This document shows, one piece after another, positions 10,479 through 22,640 of a DNA stretch of 64,000 nucleotides. Every line of letters begins with the position of its first letter. Within the stretch, counting starts at the first letter, position 1. The stretch is from Escherichia coli (GTDB taxonomy: Bacteria > Pseudomonadota > Gammaproteobacteria > Enterobacterales > Enterobacteriaceae): the NCBI RefSeq assembly GCF_002854065.1, contig NZ_CP024147.1, one strand, 5' to 3'. The position numbers and the translations under genes were made by a program. The notes under the pieces were generated by a model, which was given only the letters and a program-made list of their open reading frames with translations, had not been told where the DNA came from and did no database searches.

Positions 10479-12336
10479 TGAACTTGATGCCGGTAATGTG
10501 CTGGCGGTTGAAAATCTTAATATTGCCTTTATGCAGGACCAGCAGAAAATAGCTGCGGTCCGCAATCTCTCTTTTAGTCTGCAACGCGGTGAGACGCTGG
10601 CAATTGTTGGCGAATCCGGCTCCGGTAAGTCAGTGACTGCGCTGGCATTGATGCGTCTGTTGGAACAGGCGGGCGGTTTAGTACAGTGCGATAAAATGCT
10701 GTTGCGGCGGCGCAGTCGTGATGTGATTGAACTTAGCGAGCAGAGCGCTGCACAAATGCGCCATGTGCGCGGTGCGGATATGGCGATGATATTTCAGGAG
10801 CCGATGACATCGCTGAACCCGGTATTTTCTGTGGGTGAACAGATTGCCGAATCAATTCGTCTGCATCAGAACGCCAGTCGTGAAGAAGCGATGGTCGAGG
10901 CGAAGCGGATGCTGGATCAGGTACGCATTCCGGAGGCACAAACCATTCTTTCACGTTATCCGCATCAACTCTCTGGCGGGATGCGCCAGCGAGTGATGAT
11001 TGCGATGGCGCTGTCATGCCGCCCGGCGGTGCTGATAGCCGATGAGCCAACCACCGCGCTGGATGTCACTATTCAGGCGCAGATCCTGCAATTAATCAAA
11101 GTATTGCAAAAAGAGATGTCGATGGGCGTTATCTTTATCACTCACGATATGGGCGTGGTGGCAGAGATTGCCGATCGGGTACTGGTGATGTATCAGGGCG
11201 AGGCGGTGGAAACGGGTACCGTCGAACAGATTTTTCATGCACCGCAACATCCTTACACCCGTGCGCTGTTAGCTGCTGTTCCGCAACTTGGTGTGATGAA
11301 AGGGTTAGATTATCCCCGACGTTTCTCATTGATATCGCTTGAACATCCAGCGAAACAGGAACCCCCCATCGAGCAGAAAACGGTGGTGGATGGCGAACCT
11401 GTTTTACGGGTGCGTAATCTGGTCACCCGTTTCCCTTTGCGCAGCGGTTTGTTGAATCGCGTAACGCGGGAAGTGCATGCCGTTGAGAAAGTCAGTTTTG
11501 ATCTCTGGCCTGGCGAAACGCTATCGCTGGTGGGCGAGTCTGGCAGCGGTAAATCCACTACCGGGCGGGCGTTGCTGCGCCTGGTCGAATCGCAGGGCGG
11601 CGAAATTATCTTTAACGGTCAGCGAATCGATACCTTGTCACCCGGCAAACTTCAGGCATTACGCCGCGATATTCAGTTTATTTTTCAGGACCCTTACGCT
11701 TCGCTGGACCCACGTCAGACCATCGGTGATTCGATTATCGAACCGCTGCGTGTACACGGTTTATTGCCAGGTAAAGACGCGGCTGCACGCGTTGCGTGGT
11801 TGCTGGAGCGCGTGGGCCTGTTACCTGAACATGCCTGGCGTTACCCGCATGAGTTTTCCGGCGGTCAGCGCCAGCGCATCTGCATTGCTCGCGCGTTGGC
11901 ATTGAATCCAAAAGTGATCATTGCCGACGAAGCCGTTTCGGCGCTGGATGTTTCAATTCGCGGGCAGATTATCAACTTGTTGCTCGATCTCCAGCGTGAT
12001 TTCGGCATTGCGTATCTGTTTATCTCCCACGATATGGCTGTGGTAGAGCGGATTAGTCATCGTGTGGCGGTGATGTATCTCGGGCAAATTGTTGAAATTG
12101 GTCCACGGCGCGCGGTCTTCGAAAACCCGCAGCATCCTTATACGCGTAAATTACTGGCGGCAGTTCCGGTCGCTGAACCGTCCCGACAACGACCGCAGCG
12201 TGTACTGCTGTCGGACGATCTTCCCAGCAATATTCATCTGCGTGGCGAAGAGGTGGCAGCCGTCTCGTTGCAATGCGTCGGGCCGGGGCATTACGTCGCA
12301 CAACCACAATCAGAATACGCATTCATGCGTAGATAA
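10465..12336 (+). CDS. gsiA: Glutathione ABC importer ATP-binding protein (double ATPase)
   Basis: Two Walker A motifs (GESGSGKS twice) and two LSGG signatures; start placed at TTG 10465 (MPHSDELD) overlapping iaaA end. Confidence 0.85.
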   Translation: MPHSDELDAGNVLAVENLNIAFMQDQQKIAAVRNLSFSLQRGETLAIVGESGSGKSVTALALMRLLEQAGGLVQCDKMLLRRRSRDVIELSEQSAAQMRHVRGADMAMIFQEPMTSLNPVFSVGEQIAESIRLHQNASREEAMVEAKRMLDQVRIPEAQTILSRYPHQLSGGMRQRVMIAMALSCRPAVLIADEPTTALDVTIQAQILQLIKVLQKEMSMGVIFITHDMGVVAEIADRVLVMYQGEAVETGTVEQIFHAPQHPYTRALLAAVPQLGVMKGLDYPRRFSLISLEHPAKQEPPIEQKTVVDGEPVLRVRNLVTRFPLRSGLLNRVTREVHAVEKVSFDLWPGETLSLVGESGSGKSTTGRALLRLVESQGGEIIFNGQRIDTLSPGKLQALRRDIQFIFQDPYASLDPRQTIGDSIIEPLRVHGLLPGKDAAARVAWLLERVGLLPEHAWRYPHEFSGGQRQRICIARALALNPKVIIADEAVSALDVSIRGQIINLLLDLQRDFGIAYLFISHDMAVVERISHRVAVMYLGQIVEIGPRRAVFENPQHPYTRKLLAAVPVAEPSRQRPQRVLLSDDLPSNIHLRGEEVAAVSLQCVGPGHYVAQPQSEYAFMRR

Positions 12337-12355
12337 CATTCAGGCGGAGAATAAA

Positions 12356-13894
12356 ATGGCAAGAGCTGTACACCGTAGTGGGTTAGTGGCGCTGGGCATT
12401 GCGACAGCGTTGATGGCATCTTGTGCATTCGCTGCCAAAGATGTGGTGGTGGCGGTAGGATCGAATTTCACCACGCTCGATCCGTATGACGCGAATGACA
12501 CGTTATCTCAGGCCGTAGCGAAATCGTTTTACCAGGGGCTGTTCGGTCTGGATAAAGAGATGAAACTGAAAAACGTGCTGGCGGAGAGTTATACCGTTTC
12601 CGATGACGGCATTACTTACACCGTGAAATTGCGGGAAGGAATTAAATTCCAGGATGGCACCGATTTCAACGCCGCGGCGGTGAAAGCGAATCTGGACCGG
12701 GCCAGCGATCCGGCGAATCATCTTAAACGCTATAACCTGTATAAGAATATTGCCAAAACGGAAGCGATCGATCCGACAACGGTAAAGATTACCCTCAAAC
12801 AGCCGTTCTCAGCGTTTATTAATATTCTTGCCCATCCGGCGACCGCGATGATTTCACCGGCAGCGCTGGAAAAATATGGCAAGGAGATTGGTTTTCATCC
12901 GGTGGGAACCGGACCGTATGAACTGGATACCTGGAATCAGACCGATTTTGTGAAGGTGAAAAAATTCGCGGGTTACTGGCAGTCAGGATTGCCCAAACTG
13001 GACAGCATAACCTGGCGTCCGGTGGCGGATAACAACACCCGCGCGGCAATGCTGCAAACCGGTGAAGCGCAGTTTGCTTTCCCCATTCCTTACGAGCAGG
13101 CCGCACTGCTGGAGAAAAACAAAAATATCGAGTTGATGGCCAGTCCGTCAATTATGCAGCGTTATATCAGTATGAACGTGACGCAAAAGCCATTCGATAA
13201 CCCGAAGGTCCGTGAGGCGCTGAATTACGCCATTAACCGCCCGGCGCTGGTGAAAGTGGCCTTCGCGGGCTATGCAACGCCAGCTACTGGTGTGGTACCG
13301 CCGAGTATCGCCTACGCGCAAAGTTATAAACCGTGGCCTTACGATCCAGTGAAAGCGCGCGAATTACTGAAAGAGGCGGGATATCCCAACGGTTTCAGTA
13401 CCACGCTGTGGTCGTCACATAACCACAGCACCGCGCAGAAAGTGCTGCAATTTACCCAGCAGCAGTTAGCGCAGGTCGGGATTAAAGCCCAGGTGACTGC
13501 GATGGATGCCGGACAGCGGGCGGCAGAAGTTGAAGGTAAAGGGCAAAAAGAGAGCGGCGTGCGGATGTTCTACACTGGCTGGTCGGCTTCAACCGGCGAA
13601 GCGGACTGGGCGCTATCGCCACTGTTCGCCTCGCAAAACTGGCCACCGATGCTGTTTAATACCGCATTTTACAGCAATAAACAGGTGGATGACTTCCTGG
13701 CTCAGGCACTGAAAACGAATGATCCGGCGGAAAAGACCCGCTTGTATAAGGCGGCGCAGGATATCATCTGGCAAGAGTCGCCGTGGATCCCGCTGGTGGT
13801 AGAAAAACTGGTGTCGGCACACAGTAAAAACCTGACCGGTTTTTGGATCATGCCAGACACCGGCTTCAGCTTTGAAGACGCGGATTTGCAATAA
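12356..13894 (+). CDS. gsiB: Glutathione-binding periplasmic protein
   Basis: ATG 12356 with signal peptide [26 protein letters not shown]; family 5 SBP. Confidence 0.9.
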   Translation: MARAVHRSGLVALGIATALMASCAFAAKDVVVAVGSNFTTLDPYDANDTLSQAVAKSFYQGLFGLDKEMKLKNVLAESYTVSDDGITYTVKLREGIKFQDGTDFNAAAVKANLDRASDPANHLKRYNLYKNIAKTEAIDPTTVKITLKQPFSAFINILAHPATAMISPAALEKYGKEIGFHPVGTGPYELDTWNQTDFVKVKKFAGYWQSGLPKLDSITWRPVADNNTRAAMLQTGEAQFAFPIPYEQAALLEKNKNIELMASPSIMQRYISMNVTQKPFDNPKVREALNYAINRPALVKVAFAGYATPATGVVPPSIAYAQSYKPWPYDPVKARELLKEAGYPNGFSTTLWSSHNHSTAQKVLQFTQQQLAQVGIKAQVTAMDAGQRAAEVEGKGQKESGVRMFYTGWSASTGEADWALSPLFASQNWPPMLFNTAFYSNKQVDDFLAQALKTNDPAEKTRLYKAAQDIIWQESPWIPLVVEKLVSAHSKNLTGFWIMPDTGFSFEDADLQ

Positions 13895-13911
13895 GCAACG
13901 CAGGGAGTGGA

Positions 13912-14832
13912 ATGCTTAATTACGTTATCAAACGCTTACTGGGGTTGATTCCAACGCTGTTTATCGTCTCGGTGCTGGTGTTTTTATTTGTGCATATGCT
14001 GCCCGGCGATCCGGCGCGATTGATTGCCGGGCCCGAAGCTGATGCGCAGGTTATAGAACTGGTGCGTCAGCAGCTGGGGTTGGATCAGCCGCTGTATCAC
14101 CAGTTCTGGCACTATATCAGCAATGCTGTGCAGGGGGATTTTGGCCTGTCGATGGTGTCGCGTCGTCCGGTTGCCGATGAGATTGCCAGCCGCTTTATGC
14201 CAACGCTGTGGCTGACCATAACCAGTATGGTCTGGGCGGTGATATTTGGTATGGCGGCGGGAATTATCGCCGCCGTCTGGCGTAACCGTTGGCCGGATCG
14301 ATTGAGTATGACCATTGCGGTGTCGGGGATCTCGTTTCCGGCATTTGCGCTGGGGATGCTTTTAATTCAGGTATTCTCCGTTGAACTGGGCTGGCTGCCT
14401 ACCGTGGGAGCAGACAGTTGGCAGCACTACATTTTACCCTCCCTGACGCTCGGCGCGGCAGTGGCCGCCGTGATGGCGCGCTTTACCCGCGCGTCGTTTG
14501 TCGACGTTTTAAGCGAAGATTATATGCGTACCGCGAGGGCGAAAGGGGTAAGCGAAACCTGGGTTGTCCTCAAACACGGGCTACGCAACGCGATGATCCC
14601 GGTAGTGACCATGATGGGCTTACAGTTTGGCTTTTTGCTCGGTGGTTCTATCGTGGTGGAGAAAGTTTTCAACTGGCCCGGACTTGGACGCTTACTCGTT
14701 GACTCCGTAGAAATGCGCGATTACCCGGTGATTCAGGCGGAAATTCTGCTTTTCTCGCTGGAATTTATTCTTATCAACTTAGTGGTGGATGTGCTTTACG
14801 CCGCCATTAACCCGGCTATCAGGTACAAGTAA
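13912..14832 (+). CDS. gsiC: Glutathione ABC transporter permease
   Basis: 306 aa polytopic membrane protein, DppB-like. Confidence 0.9.
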   Translation: MLNYVIKRLLGLIPTLFIVSVLVFLFVHMLPGDPARLIAGPEADAQVIELVRQQLGLDQPLYHQFWHYISNAVQGDFGLSMVSRRPVADEIASRFMPTLWLTITSMVWAVIFGMAAGIIAAVWRNRWPDRLSMTIAVSGISFPAFALGMLLIQVFSVELGWLPTVGADSWQHYILPSLTLGAAVAAVMARFTRASFVDVLSEDYMRTARAKGVSETWVVLKHGLRNAMIPVVTMMGLQFGFLLGGSIVVEKVFNWPGLGRLLVDSVEMRDYPVIQAEILLFSLEFILINLVVDVLYAAINPAIRYK

Positions 14833-14834
14833 GG

Positions 14835-15746
14835 ATGCGACTATTTAACTGGCGACGTCAGGCGGTGTTAAACGCCATGCCACTGGTCAAACCTGACCAG
14901 GTACGTACACCGTGGCATGAATTCTGGCGACGATTTCGCCGTCAGCATATGGCGATGACCGCCGCATTATTCGTTATTTTATTGATTGTGGTGGCCATTT
15001 TTGCACGCTGGATCGCTCCCTATGACGCCGAAAATTATTTTGATTATGACAATCTGAATAACGGACCTTCTTTGCAGCACTGGTTTGGCGTCGATTCACT
15101 GGGGCGCGACATTTTCAGCCGTGTCCTGGTTGGTGCGCAAATCTCGCTGGCGGCGGGCGTGTTTGCCGTGTTTATCGGTGCGGCGATAGGGACGTTGCTG
15201 GGCTTGTTGGCTGGATATTATGAAGGCTGGTGGGATCGGCTGATCATGCGCATTTGCGATGTGCTGTTTGCCTTCCCGGGTATTTTACTGGCGATCGCTG
15301 TTGTTGCGGTGTTGGGAAGCGGCATTGCTAACGTGATTATTGCAGTCGCCATTTTTTCCATCCCTGCGTTTGCCCGCCTGGTGCGCGGCAACACGCTGGT
15401 GTTGAAACAGCAAACCTTTATTGAGTCAGCACGCAGTATTGGTGCTAGCGATATGACCATTTTGTTGCGTCATATCCTGCCTGGGACCGTCTCTTCTATC
15501 GTGGTGTTTTTCACCATGCGCATTGGTACCTCGATTATCTCTGCCGCCAGCCTGTCATTTCTCGGCCTCGGTGCGCAGCCGCCGACACCAGAGTGGGGAG
15601 CAATGCTCAATGAGGCTCGAGCGGATATGGTTATCGCGCCGCATGTCGCTGTTTTTCCGGCCCTGGCTATTTTTCTGACTGTACTGGCGTTCAATTTGTT
15701 GGGCGATGGTTTACGCGATGCGCTGGATCCGAAAATTAAAGGATAG
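14835..15746 (+). CDS. gsiD: Glutathione ABC transporter permease
   Basis: 303 aa DppC-like permease. Confidence 0.9.
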   Translation: MRLFNWRRQAVLNAMPLVKPDQVRTPWHEFWRRFRRQHMAMTAALFVILLIVVAIFARWIAPYDAENYFDYDNLNNGPSLQHWFGVDSLGRDIFSRVLVGAQISLAAGVFAVFIGAAIGTLLGLLAGYYEGWWDRLIMRICDVLFAFPGILLAIAVVAVLGSGIANVIIAVAIFSIPAFARLVRGNTLVLKQQTFIESARSIGASDMTILLRHILPGTVSSIVVFFTMRIGTSIISAASLSFLGLGAQPPTPEWGAMLNEARADMVIAPHVAVFPALAIFLTVLAFNLLGDGLRDALDPKIKG

Positions 15747-15923
15747 TTACGTTTGAATATTACTTGAAAGAGTAATCACCTCACAGGAAATTATTGCCCT
15801 AAGCAAGTGTTGTAACTTTCTGCTGATTTTGTAGAATCGGGTAATTTGGTTAAAAAGCCGCAGCAAGGGACTGTTTTTGCAGCGGCACAGCGTTCAGACA
15901 GTTATTTTGTTAAATGTATTAAC

Positions 15924-18272
15924 ATGCTGAGTTTATACGAAAAGATAAAGATAAGGCTGATAATTTTATTTTTATTGGCAGCACTGTCATTTATTGGCCT
16001 TTTTTTCATCATTAACTATCAACTGGTATCGGAACGCGCGGTAAAACGTGCCGATAGCCGCTTTGAACTTATTCAGAAAAACGTCGGCTATTTCTTTAAA
16101 GATATTGAACGTTCGGCCCTGACATTAAAGGACTCACTGTATTTATTAAAAAATACAGAGGAGATTCAACGCGCTGTGATCCTGAAAATGGAAATGATGC
16201 CATTTTTAGACTCGGTGGGACTGGTACTTGATGATAATAAATATTATCTCTTTTCGCGGAGGGCGAACGATAAAATCGTTGTTTATCATCAGGAACAAGT
16301 AAATGGACCGCTTGTCGACGAGTCAGGGCGGGTTATTTTTGCCGATTTTAACCCATCGAAACGACCGTGGTCGGTGGCTTCAGATGACTCTAACAACAGC
16401 TGGAATCCGGCATACAATTGCTTTGATCGTCCGGGTAAAAAATGTATCTCTTTTACGCTACGCATCAACGGCAAAGATCACGATTTGTTAGCGGTGGATA
16501 AAATTCATGTCGATTTAAACTGGCGATATCTGAACGAGTATCTTGATCAAATCAGCGCTAATGATGAAGTTCTATTTTTGAAACAAGGCCATGAGATCAT
16601 TGCCAAGAATCAACTCGCTCGTGAAAAACTGATTATTTATAATAGCGAAGGTAATTATAATATTATTGATTCTGTCGATACTGAATATATCGAAAAAACA
16701 TCAGCGGTGCCAAATAACGCATTATTCGAAATCTATTTTTATTATCCGGGCGGTAATTTATTGAACGCATCAGATAAACTTTTTTATCTGCCGTTTGCGT
16801 TCATTATTATCGTATTGCTGGTGGTTTATTTAATGACCACTCGTGTGTTCCGTCGGCAATTTTCTGAAATGACAGAGCTGGTTAATACGCTGGCGTTTTT
16901 GCCTGACTCAACGGATCAGATCGAGGCTCTGAAAATTCGCGAAGGCGATGCGAAAGAGATTATCAGCATCAAAAATTCGATCGCGGAAATGAAAGATGCC
17001 GAAATTGAACGGTCAAATAAATTGCTCTCACTGATCTCTTACGATCAGGAAAGTGGTTTTATTAAAAATATGGCGATTATTGAGTCCAACAATAATCAGT
17101 ATCTGGCTGTGGGGATCATCAAACTGTGTGGTCTGGAAGCCGTGGAAGCTGTGTTTGGTGTTGATGAACGCAATAAAATCGTCAGGAAATTGTGTCAGCG
17201 AATTGCTGAGAAATATGCACAATGCTGCGATATCGTGACATTCAATGCCGATCTCTATTTACTTCTGTGTCGGGAAAATGTACAGACATTTACCCGTAAA
17301 ATAGCGATGGTAAACGATTTTGACAGCAGCTTTGGCTACCGCAATCTGCGCATCCATAAGTCTGCCATTTGTGAACCTTTGCAGGGGGAAAACGCCTGGA
17401 GTTACGCAGAAAAACTGAAACTGGCGATTTCCAGTATCCGTGACCATATGTTCTCCGAGTTTATTTTCTGTGATGACGCGAAACTCAACGAAATAGAAGA
17501 GAATATCTGGATTGCGCGTAATATTCGCCATGCAATGGAAATTGGCGAACTATTCCTCGTCTATCAACCGATCGTTGATATTAACACCCGCGCCATTCTG
17601 GGCGCGGAGGCGTTGTGCCGTTGGGTGTCTGCGGAGCGGGGGATCATTTCACCGCTGAAGTTCATTACCATTGCTGAAGATATCGGGTTTATCAATGAGC
17701 TGGGTTATCAGATTATTAAAACGGCAATGGGTGAATTCAGACATTTTAGTCAGCGTGCATCGCTGAAGGATGATTTCTTACTGCATATTAATGTTTCGCC
17801 CTGGCAGTTAAACGAACCGCACTTTCATGAGCGTTTTACCACCATCATGAAAGAAAATGGCCTGAAGGCGAACAGCCTCTGTGTTGAGATCACTGAAACC
17901 GTGATCGAGCGAATTAATGAACATTTTTATCTCAATATTGAACAACTGCGTAAACAAGGGGTACGGATATCGATTGATGACTTTGGCACCGGTTTGTCAA
18001 ACCTGAAACGTTTTTATGAAATTAATCCAGACAGCATAAAGGTGGACTCGCAATTTACCGGCGATATTTTCGGTACTGCGGGAAAAATTGTGCGCATTAT
18101 TTTCGATCTGGCACGCTATAACCGGATCCCGGTGATTGCGGAAGGCGTAGAGAGCGAAGACGTTGCGCGTGAATTAATCAAATTAGGATGTGTTCAGGCT
18201 CAGGGGTATCTGTACCAGAAACCCATGCCATTCTCCGCCTGGGATAAAAGTGGAAAATTAGTAAAAGAGTAG
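15924..18272 (+). CDS. pdeI: c-di-GMP phosphodiesterase (EAL domain) PdeI/YliE
   Basis: Membrane-anchored protein with EAL motif (GAEALCRW); start chosen at MLSLYEK; AT-rich gene. Confidence 0.85.
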   Translation: MLSLYEKIKIRLIILFLLAALSFIGLFFIINYQLVSERAVKRADSRFELIQKNVGYFFKDIERSALTLKDSLYLLKNTEEIQRAVILKMEMMPFLDSVGLVLDDNKYYLFSRRANDKIVVYHQEQVNGPLVDESGRVIFADFNPSKRPWSVASDDSNNSWNPAYNCFDRPGKKCISFTLRINGKDHDLLAVDKIHVDLNWRYLNEYLDQISANDEVLFLKQGHEIIAKNQLAREKLIIYNSEGNYNIIDSVDTEYIEKTSAVPNNALFEIYFYYPGGNLLNASDKLFYLPFAFIIIVLLVVYLMTTRVFRRQFSEMTELVNTLAFLPDSTDQIEALKIREGDAKEIISIKNSIAEMKDAEIERSNKLLSLISYDQESGFIKNMAIIESNNNQYLAVGIIKLCGLEAVEAVFGVDERNKIVRKLCQRIAEKYAQCCDIVTFNADLYLLLCRENVQTFTRKIAMVNDFDSSFGYRNLRIHKSAICEPLQGENAWSYAEKLKLAISSIRDHMFSEFIFCDDAKLNEIEENIWIARNIRHAMEIGELFLVYQPIVDINTRAILGAEALCRWVSAERGIISPLKFITIAEDIGFINELGYQIIKTAMGEFRHFSQRASLKDDFLLHINVSPWQLNEPHFHERFTTIMKENGLKANSLCVEITETVIERINEHFYLNIEQLRKQGVRISIDDFGTGLSNLKRFYEINPDSIKVDSQFTGDIFGTAGKIVRIIFDLARYNRIPVIAEGVESEDVARELIKLGCVQAQGYLYQKPMPFSAWDKSGKLVKE

Positions 18273-18279
18273 TTTACGT

Positions 18280-19608
18280 ATGTCCAGAATCAATAAGTTC
18301 GTACTTACAGTCAGTCTGCTGATTTTTATCATGATTTCAGCAGTTGCCTGCGGGATCTACACTCAAATGGTAAAGGAACGGGTGTATAGCCTGAAACAGT
18401 CCGTTATTGATACTGCTTTTGCGGTGGCAAATATTGCTGAATATCGGCGTAGCGTGACAATTGATCTTATCAACACGCTAAATCCCACGGAGGAACAGCT
18501 GTTGGTTGGCTTACGCACAGCTTACGCCGACTCGGTTTCACCCTCTTATTTGTACGATGTCGGTCCTTATCTGATTTCCAGTGACGAATGTATTCAGGTA
18601 AAGGAGTTCGAGAAAAATTATTGTGCAGATATTATGCAGGTTGTGAAGTATCGACATGTCAAAAATACAGGGTTTATCTCTTTTGACGGTAAAACCTTCG
18701 TCTATTACCTCTATCCGGTAACTCACAATCGTAGTCTGATATTTTTGCTTGGTCTGGAGCGTTTTTCTTTACTGTCAAAATCGCTGGCGATGGACAGCGA
18801 GAACCTGATGTTCTCTCTGTTTAAGAACGGTAAACCGGTGACCGGTGATGAATATAATGCTAAAAACGCCATCTTCACCGTTTCGGAAGCGATGGAGCAC
18901 TTCGCCTATTTGCCGACCGGATTGTACGTATTTTCGTATAAAAAAGATGTTTATTTGCGGGTTTGTACATTGATTATTTTCTTTGCCGCATTGGTGGCAG
19001 TGATATCGGGTGCCAGTTGCCTCTATCTGGTACGCAGAGTGATTAATCGTGGTATTGCGGAGAAAGAAGCCATTATTAATAACCATTTTGAACGCGTACT
19101 GGATGGCGGGCTTTTCTTTTCGGCTGCCGATGTCAAAAAACTCTACAGTATGTATAACTCGGCGTTCCTGGACGACCTGACCAAAGCAATGGGTAGAAAA
19201 TCCTTTGACGAAGATTTAAAAGCGCTGCCGGAAAAAGGCGGTTATTTGTGCCTGTTTGACGTCGATAAATTCAAAAATATTAACGACACCTTCGGTCATT
19301 TGCTGGGCGATGAAGTGTTGATGAAAGTGGTGAAAATCCTTAAATCACAGATCCCGGTAGATAAAGGTAAAGTCTACCGCTTCGGCGGTGACGAATTTGC
19401 GGTGATTTATACGGGTGGAACGCTGGAGGAGTTGCTATCGATTCTAAAAGAAATCGTTCATTTCCAGGTGGGAAGCATTAATTTAAGCACCAGTATCGGT
19501 GTAGCGCATTCAAATGAATGTACTACCGTCGAACGCTTGAAAATGCTGGCGGATGAGCGGCTGTATAAGAGTAAGAAAAACGGCAGGGCTCAGATTAGCT
19601 GGCAGTAG
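18280..19608 (+). CDS. dgcI: Diguanylate cyclase (GGDEF domain) DgcI/YliF
   Basis: 442 aa; GGDEF motif RFGGDEFAV present. Confidence 0.85.
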   Translation: MSRINKFVLTVSLLIFIMISAVACGIYTQMVKERVYSLKQSVIDTAFAVANIAEYRRSVTIDLINTLNPTEEQLLVGLRTAYADSVSPSYLYDVGPYLISSDECIQVKEFEKNYCADIMQVVKYRHVKNTGFISFDGKTFVYYLYPVTHNRSLIFLLGLERFSLLSKSLAMDSENLMFSLFKNGKPVTGDEYNAKNAIFTVSEAMEHFAYLPTGLYVFSYKKDVYLRVCTLIIFFAALVAVISGASCLYLVRRVINRGIAEKEAIINNHFERVLDGGLFFSAADVKKLYSMYNSAFLDDLTKAMGRKSFDEDLKALPEKGGYLCLFDVDKFKNINDTFGHLLGDEVLMKVVKILKSQIPVDKGKVYRFGGDEFAVIYTGGTLEELLSILKEIVHFQVGSINLSTSIGVAHSNECTTVERLKMLADERLYKSKKNGRAQISWQ

Positions 19609-19623
19609 AATTAGAATAGTGTT

Positions 19624-19647
19624 AGTACCCCTGAATCAAGGGGTACT
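19624..19647. terminator. Bidirectional terminator hairpin between convergent dgcI and antitoxin gene
   Basis: agtacccct-gaatca-aggggtact perfect stem. Confidence 0.5.
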
Positions 19648-19677
19648 AATGAATGTGGTAAATCATTTGCAAACATT

Positions 19678-20007
19678 TTACTTTGCAAAAACTTCCGGCC
19701 CTTTTATTGCCAATGTATTCAAAATACGTAGTGCCGGGCCGCTCGGTTTTATTTCATTACGTTCCCATTTCGAGACACTTTCTTTTGACATTCCCATTGT
19801 ATGTGCCAGCACGGATTGTGACATGCCGTATCGGGTGCGGATGGCTTTGATCTCTTCACCCGTCATTGATTTGACTTTGGCTATACGGGCGCTGACTTCA
19901 CGGGCTTTGACCATGACGGCAATGGCATCAACCTCACTATCAGACATCAGGCCCAGTGCATTCAGTTCCTTTGCATCTTCCAGCATCATTTGTAATTTAT
20001 CGCTCAT
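19678..20007 (-). CDS. HTH (XRE-like) antitoxin candidate, HigA2-like
   Basis: 109 aa; C-terminal motif WERNEIKPSGPALRILNTLA resembles the WExGxRxPxGxAxxLL signature of HigA2-type antitoxins; overlaps upstream gene by 11 nt. Confidence 0.6.
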   Translation of the reverse strand: MSDKLQMMLEDAKELNALGLMSDSEVDAIAVMVKAREVSARIAKVKSMTGEEIKAIRTRYGMSQSVLAHTMGMSKESVSKWERNEIKPSGPALRILNTLAIKGPEVFAK

Positions 20008-20383
20008 TTTTCACCTCAATCAAAAAGCCGGTTTCGATCAAATCCTTTATTTGCTTATTGCTAAAGGCCAGAAATGCATTTGCCATTTTTTTGTAGGCCG
20101 CCAGTTCATCATCTTCGATTTCTTTGGTTCCTTTACTGCTTAGACCACTCTTGGACCAACCATCATAAAAAAACACATGATTTGCTGATTTAAAAAAGAT
20201 AATTGTTCTGGCTCCACCACTCTTTCCTTGTTGGAGGGGTAACCGTTTTTTGATGACACCGCTACCTAAATCAGCCTCCCATATGCCTTGCATCACTTCT
20301 TCAGCGGCAGCCATGAGAACTTTATCGTGAATACCAAGTTTTTTCGTGCTTTGGCTGAATCGCCTTTCCTTATACACACCCAT
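19997..20383 (-). CDS. RelE/HigB2-like toxin candidate
   Basis: 128 aa; motif GKSGGARTIIFF resembles HigB-2 family GxxxGGxRxIxY/F; ATG with AAGGA SD; upstream of and overlapping the antitoxin. Confidence 0.55.
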   Translation of the reverse strand: MGVYKERRFSQSTKKLGIHDKVLMAAAEEVMQGIWEADLGSGVIKKRLPLQQGKSGGARTIIFFKSANHVFFYDGWSKSGLSSKGTKEIEDDELAAYKKMANAFLAFSNKQIKDLIETGFLIEVKNER

Positions 20384-20398
20384 ACATCCATCCTTGTG

Positions 20399-20424
20399 GT
20401 AATGTTTACTATAGTAAGCATTAC
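20399..20424. promoter_or_regulatory. Near-perfect 26-bp palindrome (24/26) upstream of toxin start; candidate TA operator
   Basis: gtaatgtttactatagtaagcattac lies 16-41 bp upstream of the toxin ATG. Confidence 0.45.
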
Positions 20425-20435
20425 GCTTATTTCAA
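20408..20435 (-). promoter_or_regulatory. Candidate sigma70 promoter of TA operon (-35 TTGAAA, 16-bp spacer, -10 TATAGT)
   Basis: Hexamers read on minus strand; -10 lies inside the palindrome. Confidence 0.4.
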
Positions 20436-20608
20436 GTAATTGCGATCAAAACTTTAATTTGGTGTGAAAAAGTGAGAGTTGCCTCGAGTACGATTCATTT
20501 TTCTCGATTTATGCGTCAGGGGATTTTGTGCGTAAGGGTAGGACATCGGGAAGGGTAGTATAGGCAGATCGAAGAACAATATCCTTGTTAGATCTGCCTT
20601 TAGATTAA

Positions 20609-21934
20609 TTAAACCCGGCTACCCCACAAATCATACTCATCGGCGTGCTCGACTTTCACACACAGGATATCACCCGGCTTAACGTTGGTTTCACCATTGA
20701 GATAAACCGCACCGTCGATTTCCGGTGCATCTGCCATGCTGCGACCAATCGCGCCTTCTTCGTCCACTTCGTCGATAATCACCAGAATTTCACGGCCCAC
20801 TTTCTCTTGCAGGCGCTCGGCGGAAATCTGCTGCTGCAGCTGCATGAAACGGTTCCAGCGTTCTTCTTTCACTTCTTCCGGAACCTGGTCAGGCAGGGCA
20901 TTGGCGTCTGCACCTTCAACCGGGCTGTATTTAAAGCAGCCAACGCGATCCAGACGCGCTTCTTTCAGGAAGTCGAGTAGCATCTGGAAATCTTCTTCCG
21001 TCTCGCCAGGGAAGCCGACAATAAAGGTTGAGCGTAGGGTCAGTTCCGGGCAGATTTCGCGCCACTGTTTGATGCGCGCCAGTTGGCGATCTACAGAACC
21101 CGGACGCTTCATCAGTTTGAGAATGCGCGGGCTGGCGTGCTGCAACGGAATGTCCAGATACGGCAGGATTTTGCCTTCCGCCATCAGTGGGATGACGTCG
21201 TCCACATGCGGATAAGGGTAAACGTAGTGCAGACGTGTCCAGATCCCCAGTTTCGATAACTGTTCGCACAGGCTGACCATGCTGGTTTTTACCGGCTCGC
21301 CGTTGTGGAAGCCAGTACGATGTTTAACATCAACGCCATAGGCGGAAGTATCCTGCGAGATCACCAGAATCTCTTTAACGCCCGCATCTACCAGACGTTT
21401 CGCTTCACTTAACACTTCGCCAATCGGACGGCTCACCAGGTCGCCGCGCATAGACGGAATAATGCAGAAGGTGCAGCGGTGATTACAGCCTTCAGAAATT
21501 TTCAGATAGGCATAATGACGCGGCGTCAGTTTCACACCTTGTTCTGGCACCAGGCTCAGGAATGGGTTGTGTTTCGGTTTTGGCACGTAGTGATGAACGT
21601 GCTCCAGAACCTGCTCATAGCTATGAGGCCCGGTGATTTCCAGCACTTTCGGGTGGACTTCGCGGATCTGATCTTCTTTTGCCCCCAGACAACCGGTCAC
21701 AATTACCTTGCCGTTTTCATTCAACGCTTCACCAATGGCTTCCAGTGATTCTTGTACCGCGCTGTCAATAAAGCCGCAGGTGTTGACGATCACCATGTCC
21801 GCATCGTCATAGCTCGGTACCACGTCATAACCTTCAGTGCGTAGTTCGGTGAGAATACGCTCTGAATCAACAAGGTTTTTCGGACAGCCAAGGGAAACAA
21901 AGCCGATTTTCGGCTGGGGAGTTACTTTGCTCAT
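20609..21934 (-). CDS. rimO: Ribosomal protein S12 methylthiotransferase (radical SAM MTTase)
   Basis: 441 aa; radical [11 protein letters not shown] motif and N-terminal MTTase cysteines. Confidence 0.9.
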   Translation of the reverse strand: MSKVTPQPKIGFVSLGCPKNLVDSERILTELRTEGYDVVPSYDDADMVIVNTCGFIDSAVQESLEAIGEALNENGKVIVTGCLGAKEDQIREVHPKVLEITGPHSYEQVLEHVHHYVPKPKHNPFLSLVPEQGVKLTPRHYAYLKISEGCNHRCTFCIIPSMRGDLVSRPIGEVLSEAKRLVDAGVKEILVISQDTSAYGVDVKHRTGFHNGEPVKTSMVSLCEQLSKLGIWTRLHYVYPYPHVDDVIPLMAEGKILPYLDIPLQHASPRILKLMKRPGSVDRQLARIKQWREICPELTLRSTFIVGFPGETEEDFQMLLDFLKEARLDRVGCFKYSPVEGADANALPDQVPEEVKEERWNRFMQLQQQISAERLQEKVGREILVIIDEVDEEGAIGRSMADAPEIDGAVYLNGETNVKPGDILCVKVEHADEYDLWGSRV

Positions 21935-22146
21935 AGCTTAAAAAATATTCAGTTACAGGAAAGGTCAGGGCAGGGATTCTACAGAGTTCTGGATAAAATT
22001 TGTATCGCAATCTCATTCGCTGGCGGAGGCGAAGGAAATGTAAATTTTGTTAATTCGGCGTGAAGAATTGATCCTGGACAGCATTTTGCTCAAAAAATAG
22101 CCATACTATTTAATTGCAACAAGGCTGGAAAGAGGAGGATCGAAGT

Positions 22147-22530
22147 ATGTTCGTTGACAGACAGCGAATCGATCTGCTGAACCGGTTGATCGACGCACGC
22201 GTTGACCTCGCCGCATACGTGCAACTGAGGAAGGCAAAAGGATACATGTCCGTCAGCGAAAGCAATCATCTACGAGATAACTTTTTTAAACTGAATCGCG
22301 AACTGCACGATAAATCGCTGCGGTTGAATCTTCATCTGGATCAGGAAGAGTGGAGTGCTCTTCATCATGCTGAAGAAGCATTAGCGACAGCCGCAGTATG
22401 TTTGATGAGTGGGCACCATGATTGCCCGACTGTTATTACCGTCAACGCCGATAAGCTTGAAAATTGTCTGATGAGCTTAACGCTGAGTATCCAGAGCCTG
22501 CAGAAGCACGCCATGCTTGAGAAGGCCTGA
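22147..22530 (+). CDS. bssR: Biofilm regulator BssR
   Basis: Start at MFVDRQRIDLL (ORF track starts earlier); 127 aa. Confidence 0.8.
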   Translation: MFVDRQRIDLLNRLIDARVDLAAYVQLRKAKGYMSVSESNHLRDNFFKLNRELHDKSLRLNLHLDQEEWSALHHAEEALATAAVCLMSGHHDCPTVITVNADKLENCLMSLTLSIQSLQKHAMLEKA

Positions 22531-22640
22531 AAACTAAGGGGGAGAAAGCGTCTCCCCCTTCATGTTTAAGTTTTTGTAAAAATGAATTTGTTATCTCCTC
22601 CACTGACTACGCTTTAAGCCAGAGTCAATCCGGAGGCGTT

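Noticed and set aside
12089-12355. Upstream extension of the gsiB ORF (ORF track starts at 12089)
   Set aside because: The extension overlaps the gsiA 3' end in another frame and has no start codon or SD; the true start is ATG 12356 followed by a signal peptide
19553-20143. 196-aa plus-strand ORF overlapping the TA cassette
   Set aside because: Reads through the dgcI stop, the terminator hairpin and both TA genes in antisense; low-complexity translation with no start context
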